IMG/VR virus record: IMGVR_UViG_3300001525_000272
Coordinates: 22,184-86,183 of that record
DNA from: a virus
Lineage: Duplodnaviria > Caudoviricetes
Length of the DNA stretch: 64,000 nt
Strand: one strand, 5' to 3'
Within the stretch, counting starts at the first letter, position 1, and every line of letters starts with the position of its first letter. Below the pieces are notes generated by a model. It was not told the origin of the DNA, searched no databases, and was given only the letters and a program-made list of their open reading frames with translations. This document shows positions 54,783 to 64,000 of the stretch, piece after piece. The translations under genes were made by a program, and so were the position numbers.

Positions 54783-55208
54783 TTATTGATTCATGTACTT
54801 ATCAGATGTATCCGGATGTTGGGCATCCCACGCAGCGCTTAACTTATTTACACGATTTTCGCATCTAAGTTTTGCAGCAGCCAATTGTTCTGCAGTAACA
54901 TTACTCTCAGTTACACCATTCATGGGAACTGAATGTTTCACACTTTGAGTAACTGCACTAGAAATACGTTGTTTATGTTGAACAACCGGTTTCTTTTGTA
55001 CACTCTCAAAATGAGTTTCTGCTCTTGATTTATGAACAATTGGTGTAGTAGATCTGATATGTACAGTATCATCTGGTTTGCTTATAACCAATGCATCATA
55101 CTTGACATAAATACTAGAACCATCAGAGAAATCAATTCTTGCTGCTGTACCAGTTTTAGTTGTAGATATATTAGTTACTGTAGAACCAACTTGCGGAAAT
55201 ACTGACAT
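54783..55208 (-). CDS. hypothetical protein
   Basis: 141-aa ORF with AAAGG RBS. Confidence 0.6.
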   Translation of the reverse strand: MSVFPQVGSTVTNISTTKTGTAARIDFSDGSSIYVKYDALVISKPDDTVHIRSTTPIVHKSRAETHFESVQKKPVVQHKQRISSAVTQSVKHSVPMNGVTESNVTAEQLAAAKLRCENRVNKLSAAWDAQHPDTSDKYMNQ

Positions 55209-55230
55209 AATCTAAAAACCTTTTTTATCT

Positions 55231-55734
55231 TTATCTTTTACATTTGTTAAGAGTAAAGATGCCGATACCGATCAAGAGATCCTTATAGCGATTCGGGAAA
55301 TTACGATGATTCTTAATGAAAGCATCATAAGCAGCAAACTCGCTACGACCTCTCCATTCAACCTCATAAGTATATCTATTCTGATTATAATTCAGAAGAG
55401 CATGATAATGAGTAGCTCTGAAATCATTACGATTATACTCAGGAAGACGTATATCAGCAGCGTTCAAGAACGAGAACGAAACCTTTGCGGTCTTCTCCCC
55501 ACGATGGACAAAGATACCAATTGCAGGAGAACCCCAATCAAAGAATCTGCAATCTTTCTTATTAAGATTCATAGATTCCATCAATTCACGAACCTTAACT
55601 CTACTAGATTTCAACTGGAAACGAATTGCATCTCTATTTTTAAGAGATTTTTCAAATTTTTCAATAATAGTATTGATTTCATCCGACGTTCGACCAGTGG
55701 TTTCGAGCTTGGCACGCAGTGTCTTGCTATCCAT
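55231..55734 (-). CDS. hypothetical protein with elevated GC
   Basis: 167-aa ORF; 30/60 G+C at 55441-55500. Confidence 0.65.
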   Translation of the reverse strand: MDSKTLRAKLETTGRTSDEINTIIEKFEKSLKNRDAIRFQLKSSRVKVRELMESMNLNKKDCRFFDWGSPAIGIFVHRGEKTAKVSFSFLNAADIRLPEYNRNDFRATHYHALLNYNQNRYTYEVEWRGRSEFAAYDAFIKNHRNFPNRYKDLLIGIGIFTLNKCKR

Positions 55735-55736
55735 TT

Positions 55737-56162
55737 TTATTTTTCCTTTTTGTTTTTTGTGAATGTTTCGATTGTTTCATCAACAAACTTTTCAGATTGA
55801 TTTAAAGCCTTGGTTATAGTAGCAACATAATTTTCTAATACATCTTTAGAACCATCATCCAACTTTAATAAACCAGTACTCTTTGCGGTTTCAAGAATAA
55901 TTTTTTGAAATCTCTTGTACTCATTATTGGATAATGTATCTACTCTATCTTTCCATTGATTTTTGATTTTATTAAGGAATTCTTTGGGTTCCTCAACATG
56001 TTTCAAAATCATGGTTAGCATAGACATCATTAACAACCACTGAAATTCAGATATAAACGATTGAATCATTTCTTTACAAGCATATTCGTTTATCTGAAGT
56101 TCAGGATCTGTGGTTGTTTTTAAAGCCTTTGCTGCTTCTTCGAATTCTTTATTATCACTCAT
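55737..56162 (-). CDS. hypothetical helical protein
   Basis: 141-aa ORF with GAGG RBS. Confidence 0.65.
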   Translation of the reverse strand: MSDNKEFEEAAKALKTTTDPELQINEYACKEMIQSFISEFQWLLMMSMLTMILKHVEEPKEFLNKIKNQWKDRVDTLSNNEYKRFQKIILETAKSTGLLKLDDGSKDVLENYVATITKALNQSEKFVDETIETFTKNKKEK

Positions 56163-56179
56163 ATGGTAATTACCTCAAC

Positions 56180-56698
56180 TCAAGAGCAATTTCTCAATTT
56201 AAGAGTAAATTGATCTTCATTCTTTGCAGGCATTTCTCTAAACACAATCTCTATAATACCATTAATATAATCAACAGTACAAGTCTTTTTATCAATCTTC
56301 TTAAAACCATTGATGGTAAGATTACCATTCTCTGAGACTCGAAAACTGCAATAAACAGTATCCTTATCCTTTGTAGGATCAGGCAAGTTTTCCCATTTCG
56401 CATTAAGACAATACTGATCATCATATTTCTTAAAGGTAACAGAAAGAGTCTTTCTGTTTAAATATGGTGCAAGAATATGAATCTTGTGAAGTTTAACTCC
56501 ACCAGTAATTGTAACAGTCCTAATACTGTACTGTTTATCAAGATCTGTAACTTTATTAGTATCTTCTATCTTTACAGGTTTCTTTTCTGGAACGGGTTTC
56601 TTTTCTTGAACAGATTTTTCATCTCCATAATTTCCCCTGTTGTTTGAATAATAATTCTCTATAAAATTCAAAAGTTCTTCAAATGAATCGAATTCCAT
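56180..56698 (-). CDS. putative HSP20/alpha-crystallin domain protein
   Basis: HKIHILAPYLNRKTLSVTF and IDKKTCTVDYINGIIEIVF resemble the alpha-crystallin pattern. Confidence 0.55.
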   Translation of the reverse strand: MEFDSFEELLNFIENYYSNNRGNYGDEKSVQEKKPVPEKKPVKIEDTNKVTDLDKQYSIRTVTITGGVKLHKIHILAPYLNRKTLSVTFKKYDDQYCLNAKWENLPDPTKDKDTVYCSFRVSENGNLTINGFKKIDKKTCTVDYINGIIEIVFREMPAKNEDQFTLKLRNCS

Positions 56699-56713
56699 TT
56701 TGCTTAACTCCTT

Positions 56714-57082
56714 TTAAGTTGATATGTAAAATCTCACTTTTGCGTTTTTCCTGTAAAATCTACAAATTAACCACGGTATTTTTGTATATCTATCATGAAA
56801 ACTTATATCTACATAATAAACATTTTCACCATAATTATTTGTGATTTTAAAATTATCATCAAAACATTCAAACGATAATTGTCCAAATGTTTTGTCTGGA
56901 AATAATTTATACAGTTCTTCTTGTGTCACCTTCAATGTTGTTTTTAACCAATCTTTGGTAAACACTGTTTTGGGTGTCTGAATTTCTTTGTATAATTTAG
57001 TCATCAAGAAATAAATCATTCTTTCTTTTATACTTAGAACTGGACGAATTTCATCCTTGATCTTCTGACAGTTATAATGCAT
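56714..57082 (-). CDS. hypothetical protein
   Basis: 122-aa ORF in the operon. Confidence 0.6.
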   Translation of the reverse strand: MHYNCQKIKDEIRPVLSIKERMIYFLMTKLYKEIQTPKTVFTKDWLKTTLKVTQEELYKLFPDKTFGQLSFECFDDNFKITNNYGENVYYVDISFHDRYTKIPWLICRFYRKNAKVRFYIST

Positions 57083-57088
57083 ATTAAA

Positions 57089-58489
57089 TCAACCAATATG
57101 TTTTTCTTCAAATTTCCAGCCATCAGTGGTTACTTTTTCTAAATAATCATTATGTCTTTTCTCACCCCATTGTAACATTTCTTTACAACCGGTATCAACC
57201 AAATCAAATACAATTGGTTGTTTCTTACCTTCTTTATATCTACAAACTCTACCAATTGCCTGGGTTAAATTACCAACTGGTGTAGCAAGAATAAGACAAT
57301 CAAGATCTACATTATCAGTACCATCTCTACTTGAACCAGGAGTACTGAATACAATTTTCCTATGAAGTTGTTCATCTCTTGTCTTTCCAGATCTTGGAAT
57401 AAAGAAACCAACATCTTCTTTTGGAAAACCTTCAGCCATCTTATCAAGTAATTTAATACGATCACATATAATTAATGTATTTCTATTATTCTTATAACAG
57501 AATTGAATAATTTCTCTAAGAATTTTGATATATCTATCATTCTTCTTAGATGACAACATTTGTTTATATCTATTAGAATCAAACATTGGGAATTTTTGTT
57601 TTTTTCCTTCTATTGGGGGTCCAAACATAATGTATCCCTTATGATTCTTAATAGCACCATGATCAAAATAAGTTAAAATTATTCTTGGTTTTAATGTATT
57701 TGTAATCCCAATGGGAGTAAATACTTTTCCAAGATGTAAACCAATAATATCATCATTATGATCACTTCTTCCCGGTGTCGCACTCAATCCAAAACACTTC
57801 TTTGCTGTTACATAATAACAACTAGTAGAGAATAATGGGGCACCACCAGTAGTATGACATTCATCCCAAATACCTATACCAAAATTGGCTTTTCTCATAT
57901 CTTCCAATAATGTAGGAACTCGTTTCACCATACTACATACAGTTTGAACAGTTCCTATTACTATCGGTTTCTTAATTACATCAAGATATTTAGATGTTGA
58001 TAATATACCAATATCTTCTGATTTAATATTCGTATGTTGTAGGAATCTCTCCTGCCATTGAGAAACAAGACTATCCTTATGCATCAGAATGATTGCCTTC
58101 TTCCTAAGCATACAAATGGCGGCAATTGAGATAACTGTCTTACCTTCACCAGGATTTAATTTAAGAATTCCGGAATCATTCTCAAACATGTATTTAACAG
58201 ATTGTCTCTGTAAATCATTTCTGAGTTGTGACGTGAATTCTATATCAATATCCTCACCAATAGTATAGGTGTCATTCAATTCTATATCACTATTTGCTAT
58301 TTTGCACAATCTTGGTATTTTGATAAAACCGTTCTTTCTTTCAAAATATTCGGTTTGTATCATTATATCAGGATTCTCATAGCTTTTAGATGATCTAGTC
58401 AATTGACGACAAAAATCAGAAACCCAAAATTGAGAAGCTTCTGATTCAGGAATTGATATCCCTGCTGACCTATCTATTGTCATAATCAA
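57089..58489 (-). CDS. superfamily 2 helicase (UvsW/XPB-like)
   Basis: NPGEGKT, IWDECH, GLSATPGRSD, QAIGRVCR, FDLVD. Confidence 0.9.
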   Translation of the reverse strand: MIMTIDRSAGISIPESEASQFWVSDFCRQLTRSSKSYENPDIMIQTEYFERKNGFIKIPRLCKIANSDIELNDTYTIGEDIDIEFTSQLRNDLQRQSVKYMFENDSGILKLNPGEGKTVISIAAICMLRKKAIILMHKDSLVSQWQERFLQHTNIKSEDIGILSTSKYLDVIKKPIVIGTVQTVCSMVKRVPTLLEDMRKANFGIGIWDECHTTGGAPLFSTSCYYVTAKKCFGLSATPGRSDHNDDIIGLHLGKVFTPIGITNTLKPRIILTYFDHGAIKNHKGYIMFGPPIEGKKQKFPMFDSNRYKQMLSSKKNDRYIKILREIIQFCYKNNRNTLIICDRIKLLDKMAEGFPKEDVGFFIPRSGKTRDEQLHRKIVFSTPGSSRDGTDNVDLDCLILATPVGNLTQAIGRVCRYKEGKKQPIVFDLVDTGCKEMLQWGEKRHNDYLEKVTTDGWKFEEKHIG

Positions 58490-58495
58490 ATTTAA

Positions 58496-58936
58496 TTAAA
58501 TCTCTTTGAAAGAATATTCAGCATATCCGGTTGCTGTTTCATGAAATCTAACTTTTTCAAGTTTAATATTCTTGTTAATCTGTTTGAGTTCATGATCAAC
58601 AAACCAATAAATCCATTCTGCAAACTTTTCGCAAGTTGGATTTGAATCAGTAATAGTCAATCTCTTATTATACTTCTTAATTATATCAAGATATTCACTC
58701 GGGAACATCTTTGGCATAAACAAAGCATGATCATATTGCTCCATGATCTTATTCTTGATGGTATTGGAAATCTCACCAAAATCAATTACCATTCCATCTG
58801 GATTAAGATTTTCACAACTCATAAAAAGTTCAATTATACCACTATGACCATGAATAGTTTCATGACACAAATTAGTATATGAAGTAAAAAGTTGATGGGA
58901 ATATTCTACTCCGATTTTCTTTCTTACTGTGTACAT
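58496..58936 (-). CDS. queD: 6-carboxytetrahydropterin synthase
   Basis: YSHQL..CHETIHGHS, GMVIDFG, YDHA, NPTCEKFAEWI, VRFHETAT; GAGG RBS before ATG 58936. Confidence 0.92.
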   Translation of the reverse strand: MYTVRKKIGVEYSHQLFTSYTNLCHETIHGHSGIIELFMSCENLNPDGMVIDFGEISNTIKNKIMEQYDHALFMPKMFPSEYLDIIKKYNKRLTITDSNPTCEKFAEWIYWFVDHELKQINKNIKLEKVRFHETATGYAEYSFKEI

Positions 58937-58937
58937 T

Positions 58938-59387
58938 TTACTTACCTCTTTTCCCGTGAGCGTTATTTCCTTTCGGAACATCCTTAATTTCTATATAATT
59001 CGGTCTTTTATAATCTTTATCAATTTGACAATGTTTTGGTCCGTATTTATGGATAGTATTCCATGTATCTATTATAATTCTCCAATTACTAATACCATTC
59101 TTATCTTTTCTATCCAAGAAATCTGTAAATTTCTTAATACTTTTTGAATCTTTAAATTCTCCCATACAACCCTTATGTTTATAATAATAAGCATCTCTAA
59201 GTTTAATTCCAATATCCCCACCTTTACTTAGTGTTGTACTATGAAAATGCATATGTGGATCATTATCACCATCTGGTGGGAAAAATATATTACCAATTCT
59301 ACTATTCTTTGGATCTTTAACTATTATTCCTTCTGTAAGAAATAATTCATCTGTTAAAAATCTATCAATAACATTCATTTCTATCAA
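58938..59387 (-). CDS. DUF4160-like protein
   Basis: DNDPHMHF, NWRIIIDTWN, RPNY. Confidence 0.4.
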   Translation of the reverse strand: MIEMNVIDRFLTDELFLTEGIIVKDPKNSRIGNIFFPPDGDNDPHMHFHSTTLSKGGDIGIKLRDAYYYKHKGCMGEFKDSKSIKKFTDFLDRKDKNGISNWRIIIDTWNTIHKYGPKHCQIDKDYKRPNYIEIKDVPKGNNAHGKRGK

Positions 59388-59818
59388 TCCTCTGTTCTCA
59401 AAAATTCATATTCAGGAATCTTTTGAGTTTCATTCACTTCATTATAATTTGATAAATTATGAAGTTTACAAAATTGCCAATACATATTCTTTTTAAATTC
59501 TTTCAATATGAAATTTGGTTTCTTTAATAATTTTACAAAATTTTTCAATTGATTCTTATTTAAAATGTTTTTAGTATCTTTTAAATATCTACATTCAATT
59601 AATGATACTTTACAATCAAATTCATAACCCATAGTTTTAGAATCAATAATATGAAAACATGGTACAGTTTTTCTTTTTTGTGAAACTATTATAACCTTGT
59701 ATTTCTTATTACAGATGAAATCATCATATGGAAAATCAACTGTTATATTTTCATAAGTATATTTCTTTTTGATTTTATTTTTTACTTTCTTCGTTTGCAT
59801 TTCTTTTAAAATCATCAA
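59384..59818 (-). CDS. degenerate paralog of 58938-59387
   Basis: TVPCFHI, YWQFCKLHN, IPEY. Confidence 0.35.
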   Translation of the reverse strand: MMILKEMQTKKVKNKIKKKYTYENITVDFPYDDFICNKKYKVIIVSQKRKTVPCFHIIDSKTMGYEFDCKVSLIECRYLKDTKNILNKNQLKNFVKLLKKPNFILKEFKKNMYWQFCKLHNLSNYNEVNETQKIPEYEFLRTED

Positions 59819-60281
59819 CAGTTAAAGGTCTTCCTTCATAACCATAACTTCTTGACATTGATAAATAAAGTTCCTTAAGATTGGAACACAATTGTTCCTT
59901 ATTTCCTTGATAGATAATGTATCTAACATTAATCTTCTTAGTCTTCGGACTATATTTAACAACCCGAGCGATTACAATATTAGCTTCTGTATGATGATAC
60001 AAATAAAGAATTGAAGAAACTTTCACATACTTGTTACTAGTATTAATAACTTTCGGGAAAGTAATCAATGAATATTTAGTCCAACCATGTTTAAACGGTT
60101 GAAGTTTATCATTCATTTTAGTTACTTCATAGTCAATATCACCAATTTTACAAATTCCATCAATATGTTTAGAATCTAATGTAACACCTTCAAGAATTAA
60201 TTTACACGAAGAAAGTGTTTCAAATAATTTTGAGTCCATTTGATTTCCTTTACGAGTACGTAATTCTGATTTCTTTAACAC
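59775..60281 (-). CDS. hypothetical protein (start probably near 60239)
   Basis: ORF in the operon; AAAGGA RBS before MDSKL. Confidence 0.55.
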   Translation of the reverse strand: MLKKSELRTRKGNQMDSKLFETLSSCKLILEGVTLDSKHIDGICKIGDIDYEVTKMNDKLQPFKHGWTKYSLITFPKVINTSNKYVKVSSILYLYHHTEANIVIARVVKYSPKTKKINVRYIIYQGNKEQLCSNLKELYLSMSRSYGYEGRPLTVDDFKRNANEESKK

Positions 60282-60801
60282 CCCAAATTAACTCTTCAAT
60301 AGACTGACATTTTGATTCTTTGAGCATATCATCAAATCCATTATAAATGGATTCATGATCAAGAACACAATCAGGAACTAAAGATACTGTATAATCACCA
60401 TCTTCATATTTATGGACTCTAAGATCCTCTTCATCAAATTCAACACCTTCACAACCGGGAACATATGATTTGACAGCTTCGTTTAATCTAATAAACTCAG
60501 GATTATTATGAATCTTCCTCATAATCTTTTTGATAGACTCATTAGATCTATCTGTGCAAATTTCAGGAACAATCCAATAGATAAGCTGAGTACAAACAAA
60601 CTTCCAGTTATAAAGTACATCTCCCTTATATGAATCACCAACACTAAAATCATCAAATTCCATCATAATTTTTTTAGTATCAGGTTGAACCCTCAAATCT
60701 GATGGCTTGTACCATTTACTACTATCATGATTGACAGAATCAATAGCAACAATAAATGAAGAACTACTAGAATTACTTACAAAGTCATTTCTTGTTTTCA
60801 T
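60250..60801 (-). CDS. MKTRNDFVSNSSSSSF-leader family protein
   Basis: N-terminal leader; C-terminal VLDHES is similar to YIDHQS of 25308-25790. Confidence 0.85.
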   Translation of the reverse strand: MKTRNDFVSNSSSSSFIVAIDSVNHDSSKWYKPSDLRVQPDTKKIMMEFDDFSVGDSYKGDVLYNWKFVCTQLIYWIVPEICTDRSNESIKKIMRKIHNNPEFIRLNEAVKSYVPGCEGVEFDEEDLRVHKYEDGDYTVSLVPDCVLDHESIYNGFDDMLKESKCQSIEELIWGVKEIRITYS

Positions 60802-60881
60802 GTTGAATTTTCCTTTTACTAAATATTTCTCTGTAACGAAAACACAATCACCAATAATACTTAAATTATTTTAATCAATAC

Positions 60882-61400
60882 TTAAACTTTCTTATCAGTT
60901 TCAATCAAACCATTAACCAAGTTTGAAAAGAAGGAAGTATTATCATTAAACTCTATTTCTGTATCTTCACAATTAACTTTAAGACCATGTTTCTGAAAAT
61001 ACTTATAAAGCAAATGCAAAACAGCAACAGCAAGTTGATTATAATTCTGACAATAGAATTGAATATGTTCAATTTTATCAATATTGGGATTTTTATCAAT
61101 CACCAAATTAATAAGATCATACATAGAAGCATCATAGAAACATTCTATTGCTTCTGGATCAATTTCTATTCGTCTATTATCCCAATTATAATAATATCTA
61201 TCTCTTTCTACTTCTTTTCTTCCAAACATTTTAAAGATATCTTTTTCATACTTATGCTTGTAAGCAATCTTTACTTCAAAATCATCAATCTGATATGGAA
61301 AATCACCAAGTTTATTAAGAAGTTCTAATGTCTTTTTAGCATCATGTACTATAAATGAGCAACTACTAGAATTACTAACAAAGTCATTTCTTGTTTTCAT
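60882..61400 (-). CDS. MKTRNDFVSNSSSCSF-leader family protein
   Basis: ATG 61400 with GGAGG-like RBS (gaaggtaggtgag); first 50 nt are 47/50 identical to those of the next gene. Confidence 0.85.
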   Translation of the reverse strand: MKTRNDFVSNSSSCSFIVHDAKKTLELLNKLGDFPYQIDDFEVKIAYKHKYEKDIFKMFGRKEVERDRYYYNWDNRRIEIDPEAIECFYDASMYDLINLVIDKNPNIDKIEHIQFYCQNYNQLAVAVLHLLYKYFQKHGLKVNCEDTEIEFNDNTSFFSNLVNGLIETDKKV

Positions 61401-61405
61401 TAATC

Positions 61406-61531
61406 TCACCTACCTTCATAAGTAAAATCAATATTGTCGGTATCACGATGAAATTTTAAATCAGATGATTTCTTTTTGATTTCATCGATTTTCTTTTGAA
61501 GATTTTTTAAATCTTGTTTTGATTTTTCCAT
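61406..61531 (-). CDS. 41-aa hypothetical protein (not in the ORF track)
   Basis: MEKSKQDLKNLQKKIDEIKKKSSDLKFHRDTDNIDFTYEGR*; GAGG RBS. Confidence 0.55.
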   Translation of the reverse strand: MEKSKQDLKNLQKKIDEIKKKSSDLKFHRDTDNIDFTYEGR

Positions 61532-61552
61532 TATGATACCTCTTTCTTGATT

Positions 61553-62806
61553 TTACTCATTACTGTCAAGTTGATAAATCGGACAACTTTTTCCTTTTGT
61601 ATCCAGACTTCTAAAATGATTCAGAAGTTTATTATTGTTCCATAATTCAGAAAATTCTATTTCATTATTAATCATATCAATTGCTTGATCTTGAAACATC
61701 TTTTCGCAAAAGCTACAAGGTGTTATCTTACCATCTGCAGAAATATAAATAGAGAATTTTGTTGATTCACATCTTTCACAACAATTACACAGTTCAGATT
61801 GATTCTTCTCTTTGAGAATTTTCTCAATATCAGGAGCTGTACAAGAATCAAAACCAAATCCGATATTGTGATCTTGACAAAAATCAACAACCTTTCTAAA
61901 TATATCTAACGGAATAGTAGTATCAAGTTTAGATGCCCTACCAACAGGTTTAATTCTAAGAAATACAACGTGACGAAGATTTTCCAGTCTTTTATCATCA
62001 CAATACATATACGGAATAAGAGTCTTATTTTTTTGATTGAAAATGATACCCTTATTATCCTTCTTAACATCATTGAGAACATCCATCACATGATCCAATG
62101 TTCCCTTACTCAATACTATATGCATATTGACATGAACATTTGGTGCTTTCTCACCAAGTTTTGCAATAGTGTTATAGCACAGTTCCTTATTACCTTCATA
62201 ACAAGAAACAGCAACAGCACCACAACATTCTTTAGTGACCTCAAGTATTTCATCATTGAGATCAGCACCACTCATTGTATAATTTGGAATAATACCATTC
62301 TCTTTGCAATATCTGAGCATTCTCGGAAAATCAGGATTGGTTTGGACTCCCGTAATTCCAAATGCAATTTGATTTAATGACTTGGGAATACTATCAATGA
62401 TTTTCTTAAAATCATCAAAAGTCATATTGGTTGCTGGAGCATCAGAATTATTCTTGTAACAGAATTTACAATTATGACCACCAACCTTCGGACATCCATT
62501 GACTGATATCTCAAGATCCATAATTTCAGGACCAAGTTTACACCAATCAGGATCCTCCTCTATCTTACTACCAAATTTAATCGTATAACCAGTATTCTTA
62601 TTGAATCCACAATTGTAATCTTTACAATTGGTAGTTATCTTATAATTTTTGGATTCATAAACAAAGAATACTTCATCATCAACATTATACTTGTATAACA
62701 CATAACCACTATCTTCATAAAACATTAAGAGTTCTTTGAACGTAGAAACATAATTGAAAAACTTATCAAAGTCTTCAACCTGTTTAGTTATGTATTTCTC
62801 TTGCAT
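61553..62806 (-). CDS. radical SAM protein with SPASM/twitch-like C-terminus
   Basis: CPKVGGHNCKFC (Cx7CxxC), QIAFG, PNYTMSG, AVAVS; C-terminal CCERCE..YISADGKITPCSFC..CP. Confidence 0.85.
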   Translation of the reverse strand: MQEKYITKQVEDFDKFFNYVSTFKELLMFYEDSGYVLYKYNVDDEVFFVYESKNYKITTNCKDYNCGFNKNTGYTIKFGSKIEEDPDWCKLGPEIMDLEISVNGCPKVGGHNCKFCYKNNSDAPATNMTFDDFKKIIDSIPKSLNQIAFGITGVQTNPDFPRMLRYCKENGIIPNYTMSGADLNDEILEVTKECCGAVAVSCYEGNKELCYNTIAKLGEKAPNVHVNMHIVLSKGTLDHVMDVLNDVKKDNKGIIFNQKNKTLIPYMYCDDKRLENLRHVVFLRIKPVGRASKLDTTIPLDIFRKVVDFCQDHNIGFGFDSCTAPDIEKILKEKNQSELCNCCERCESTKFSIYISADGKITPCSFCEKMFQDQAIDMINNEIEFSELWNNNKLLNHFRSLDTKGKSCPIYQLDSNE

Positions 62807-62819
62807 TGTTTTTAGTTTC

Positions 62820-63017
62820 TTAGTTGTCTCTACAGTTAGTTGCTACACGAATAGCTTGACTAATTAATCTATCATCACAATTTGTTTTTCCCCTACTATC
62901 ATAGAGAATTCTGATGATTTCATTAAGATGATAATTATCTGAATTTCTTCTACTACAATATCCTATATGATAGCAGATAAAACAAATCACTGCCAAAGCA
63001 GCAAAAGTAACTATCAT
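62820..63017 (-). CDS. small membrane-anchored hypothetical protein
   Basis: Hydrophobic N-terminus MIVTFAALAVICFICYHIGY; AAGGGA RBS. Confidence 0.6.
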   Translation of the reverse strand: MIVTFAALAVICFICYHIGYCSRRNSDNYHLNEIIRILYDSRGKTNCDDRLISQAIRVATNCRDN

Positions 63018-63055
63018 TTTTCAGTCCCTTTTGATTTAAAATGTTATTGTTTCAG

Positions 63056-64000
63056 TTATTGATATTTTTGCCATACATAATTATCCAAATCATTAAGATT
63101 CTGTTTTTCTTGATTTAATGATTCGGTCTTACCATCAATATCAATCTTGGCTTTCATAAACTTGTGAATTGTATATTTCTCAAGAATACGTCTAACATTT
63201 TCTTCTGTAACATCAGTTTTACTGATGATACCTTCAACCAATTTATCAAGATCATCAGGATAAAGTTTCAAAAGATCAGGAAGAACTTTCTTAATCTTCT
63301 GCATCATAATAAGTTCATCAATCTCATTTTGAAGTTTACTAATGTTATCTTTAAGTTTAAGCTCAACAATATTCTTATACATATTATATGTATTAAGAAG
63401 CATTTGATCAACAGAAACTAATACAACATTACCTTCAAGATCACACATGTTACATTCAAATGTGACACTACCAGAAGTTTTCTGTTGAAGTTTCTTATAT
63501 AACTTATCAAGATTCTGACCCCGTTTAGTTAACATGAATTTAACTTTAGTAGAGGTCTTTGATTCATCAAGAAAACCAACAGATTTTTGTACTGTTATTT
63601 CATCCTTGAATGAATTGATAATAGATTGAAATTTCTTATTTGGTGGAATAGAGTAAACATAAACACATTTGTCATTCTTGAGTAATTCAAGTTTTCCCTT
63701 ATAAAGAATAGATGCTTTACCCGTAGTAAGCAACTGTTTATAATCTTCCTTTGAACCACCAAGAGTACAATCAGTCAAAGGTTTAATAATCGGACCATCA
63801 CCGTTCTTATCATGAAGAAGCCAATCAAGTCTTTTGATAAGATCTGATTTAGAATAAGATGGAATGTAGGTTCTGTATCCAAAACCAATACCCTGACAAT
63901 AATTCTTTAAACGAAGACATACTGGAAGCATAACCGGAAGATATAAAGGTTCTGGATTCATTTCCAGATCTTCTTCCTTTACATACTTAATCATTGAGAA
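63056..64000 (-). CDS. type II topoisomerase GyrA/ParC-like (T4 gp52-like) subunit, 5'-truncated
   Basis: EPLYLPVMLP, GIGFGYRTYIPSY, DES, FECNM; frame is open to the window end. Confidence 0.8.
   Translation of the reverse strand, partial: FSMIKYVKEEDLEMNPEPLYLPVMLPVCLRLKNYCQGIGFGYRTYIPSYSKSDLIKRLDWLLHDKNGDGPIIKPLTDCTLGGSKEDYKQLLTTGKASILYKGKLELLKNDKCVYVYSIPPNKKFQSIINSFKDEITVQKSVGFLDESKTSTKVKFMLTKRGQNLDKLYKKLQQKTSGSVTFECNMCDLEGNVVLVSVDQMLLNTYNMYKNIVELKLKDNISKLQNEIDELIMMQKIKKVLPDLLKLYPDDLDKLVEGIISKTDVTEENVRRILEKYTIHKFMKAKIDIDGKTESLNQEKQNLNDLDNYVWQKYQ

Noticed and set aside
61553-62806. Radical SAM as the missing QueE
   Set aside because: It is 417 aa with Cx7CxxC and a SPASM-like tail, and lacks the QueE N-terminal F.R..GC..C..CDT pattern.
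1-64000. Stop-codon reassignment (TAG or TGA read-through, as in some large gut phages)
   Set aside because: Terminase, sheath and RNAP genes are uninterrupted in code 11; sbcC ends at TAG after all its motifs, and TGA stops form normal ATGA overlaps.
1-64000. tRNA genes, CRISPR arrays, DGR or group I/II introns
   Set aside because: I saw no cloverleaf/T-loop signature, regularly spaced repeats, reverse transcriptase or split conserved gene by eye; a tRNAscan/Infernal run would be needed to exclude them fully.

Overview
AT-rich fragment of a large (jumbo-type) myovirus genome, read in the standard code; I saw no rRNA, tRNA or CRISPR array. Genes at 1-11075 are on the + strand: an endonuclease/GNAT fusion, a C1 peptidase, terminase large subunit, a zincin, a tape-measure-like protein and a probable baseplate protein. 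Genes from 11083 to the end are on the - strand. These include a contractile tail/baseplate module (wedge, gp25-like, chaperone, tube, sheath), RecD-like and SF2 helicases, an ATP-dependent ligase, a small PolB-like protein, unsplit beta' and beta RNA polymerase subunits, Mre11/Rad50 (SbcCD) and a 5'-truncated topoisomerase II subunit. Parts of a 7-deazaguanine pathway are dispersed through the window: FolE, QueD, and a coupled GATase-HAD-QueC(intein) operon with a catalytically dead GATase paralog. The most striking feature is an apparently complete phage-encoded ubiquitin-like conjugation operon (wHTH-Ubl ending KGA, E2-like, E1/ThiF, JAB/JAMM) that runs directly into sbcD-sbcC. Also notable are six paralogs sharing the N-terminal leader MK(I/T)RxDFVSNSSS(S/C)SF, a probable +1 frameshift in the tail chaperone, a candidate phage late-promoter motif, and several small ORFs missing from the supplied track. 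All family calls come from motif recognition by eye; no database searches were run.
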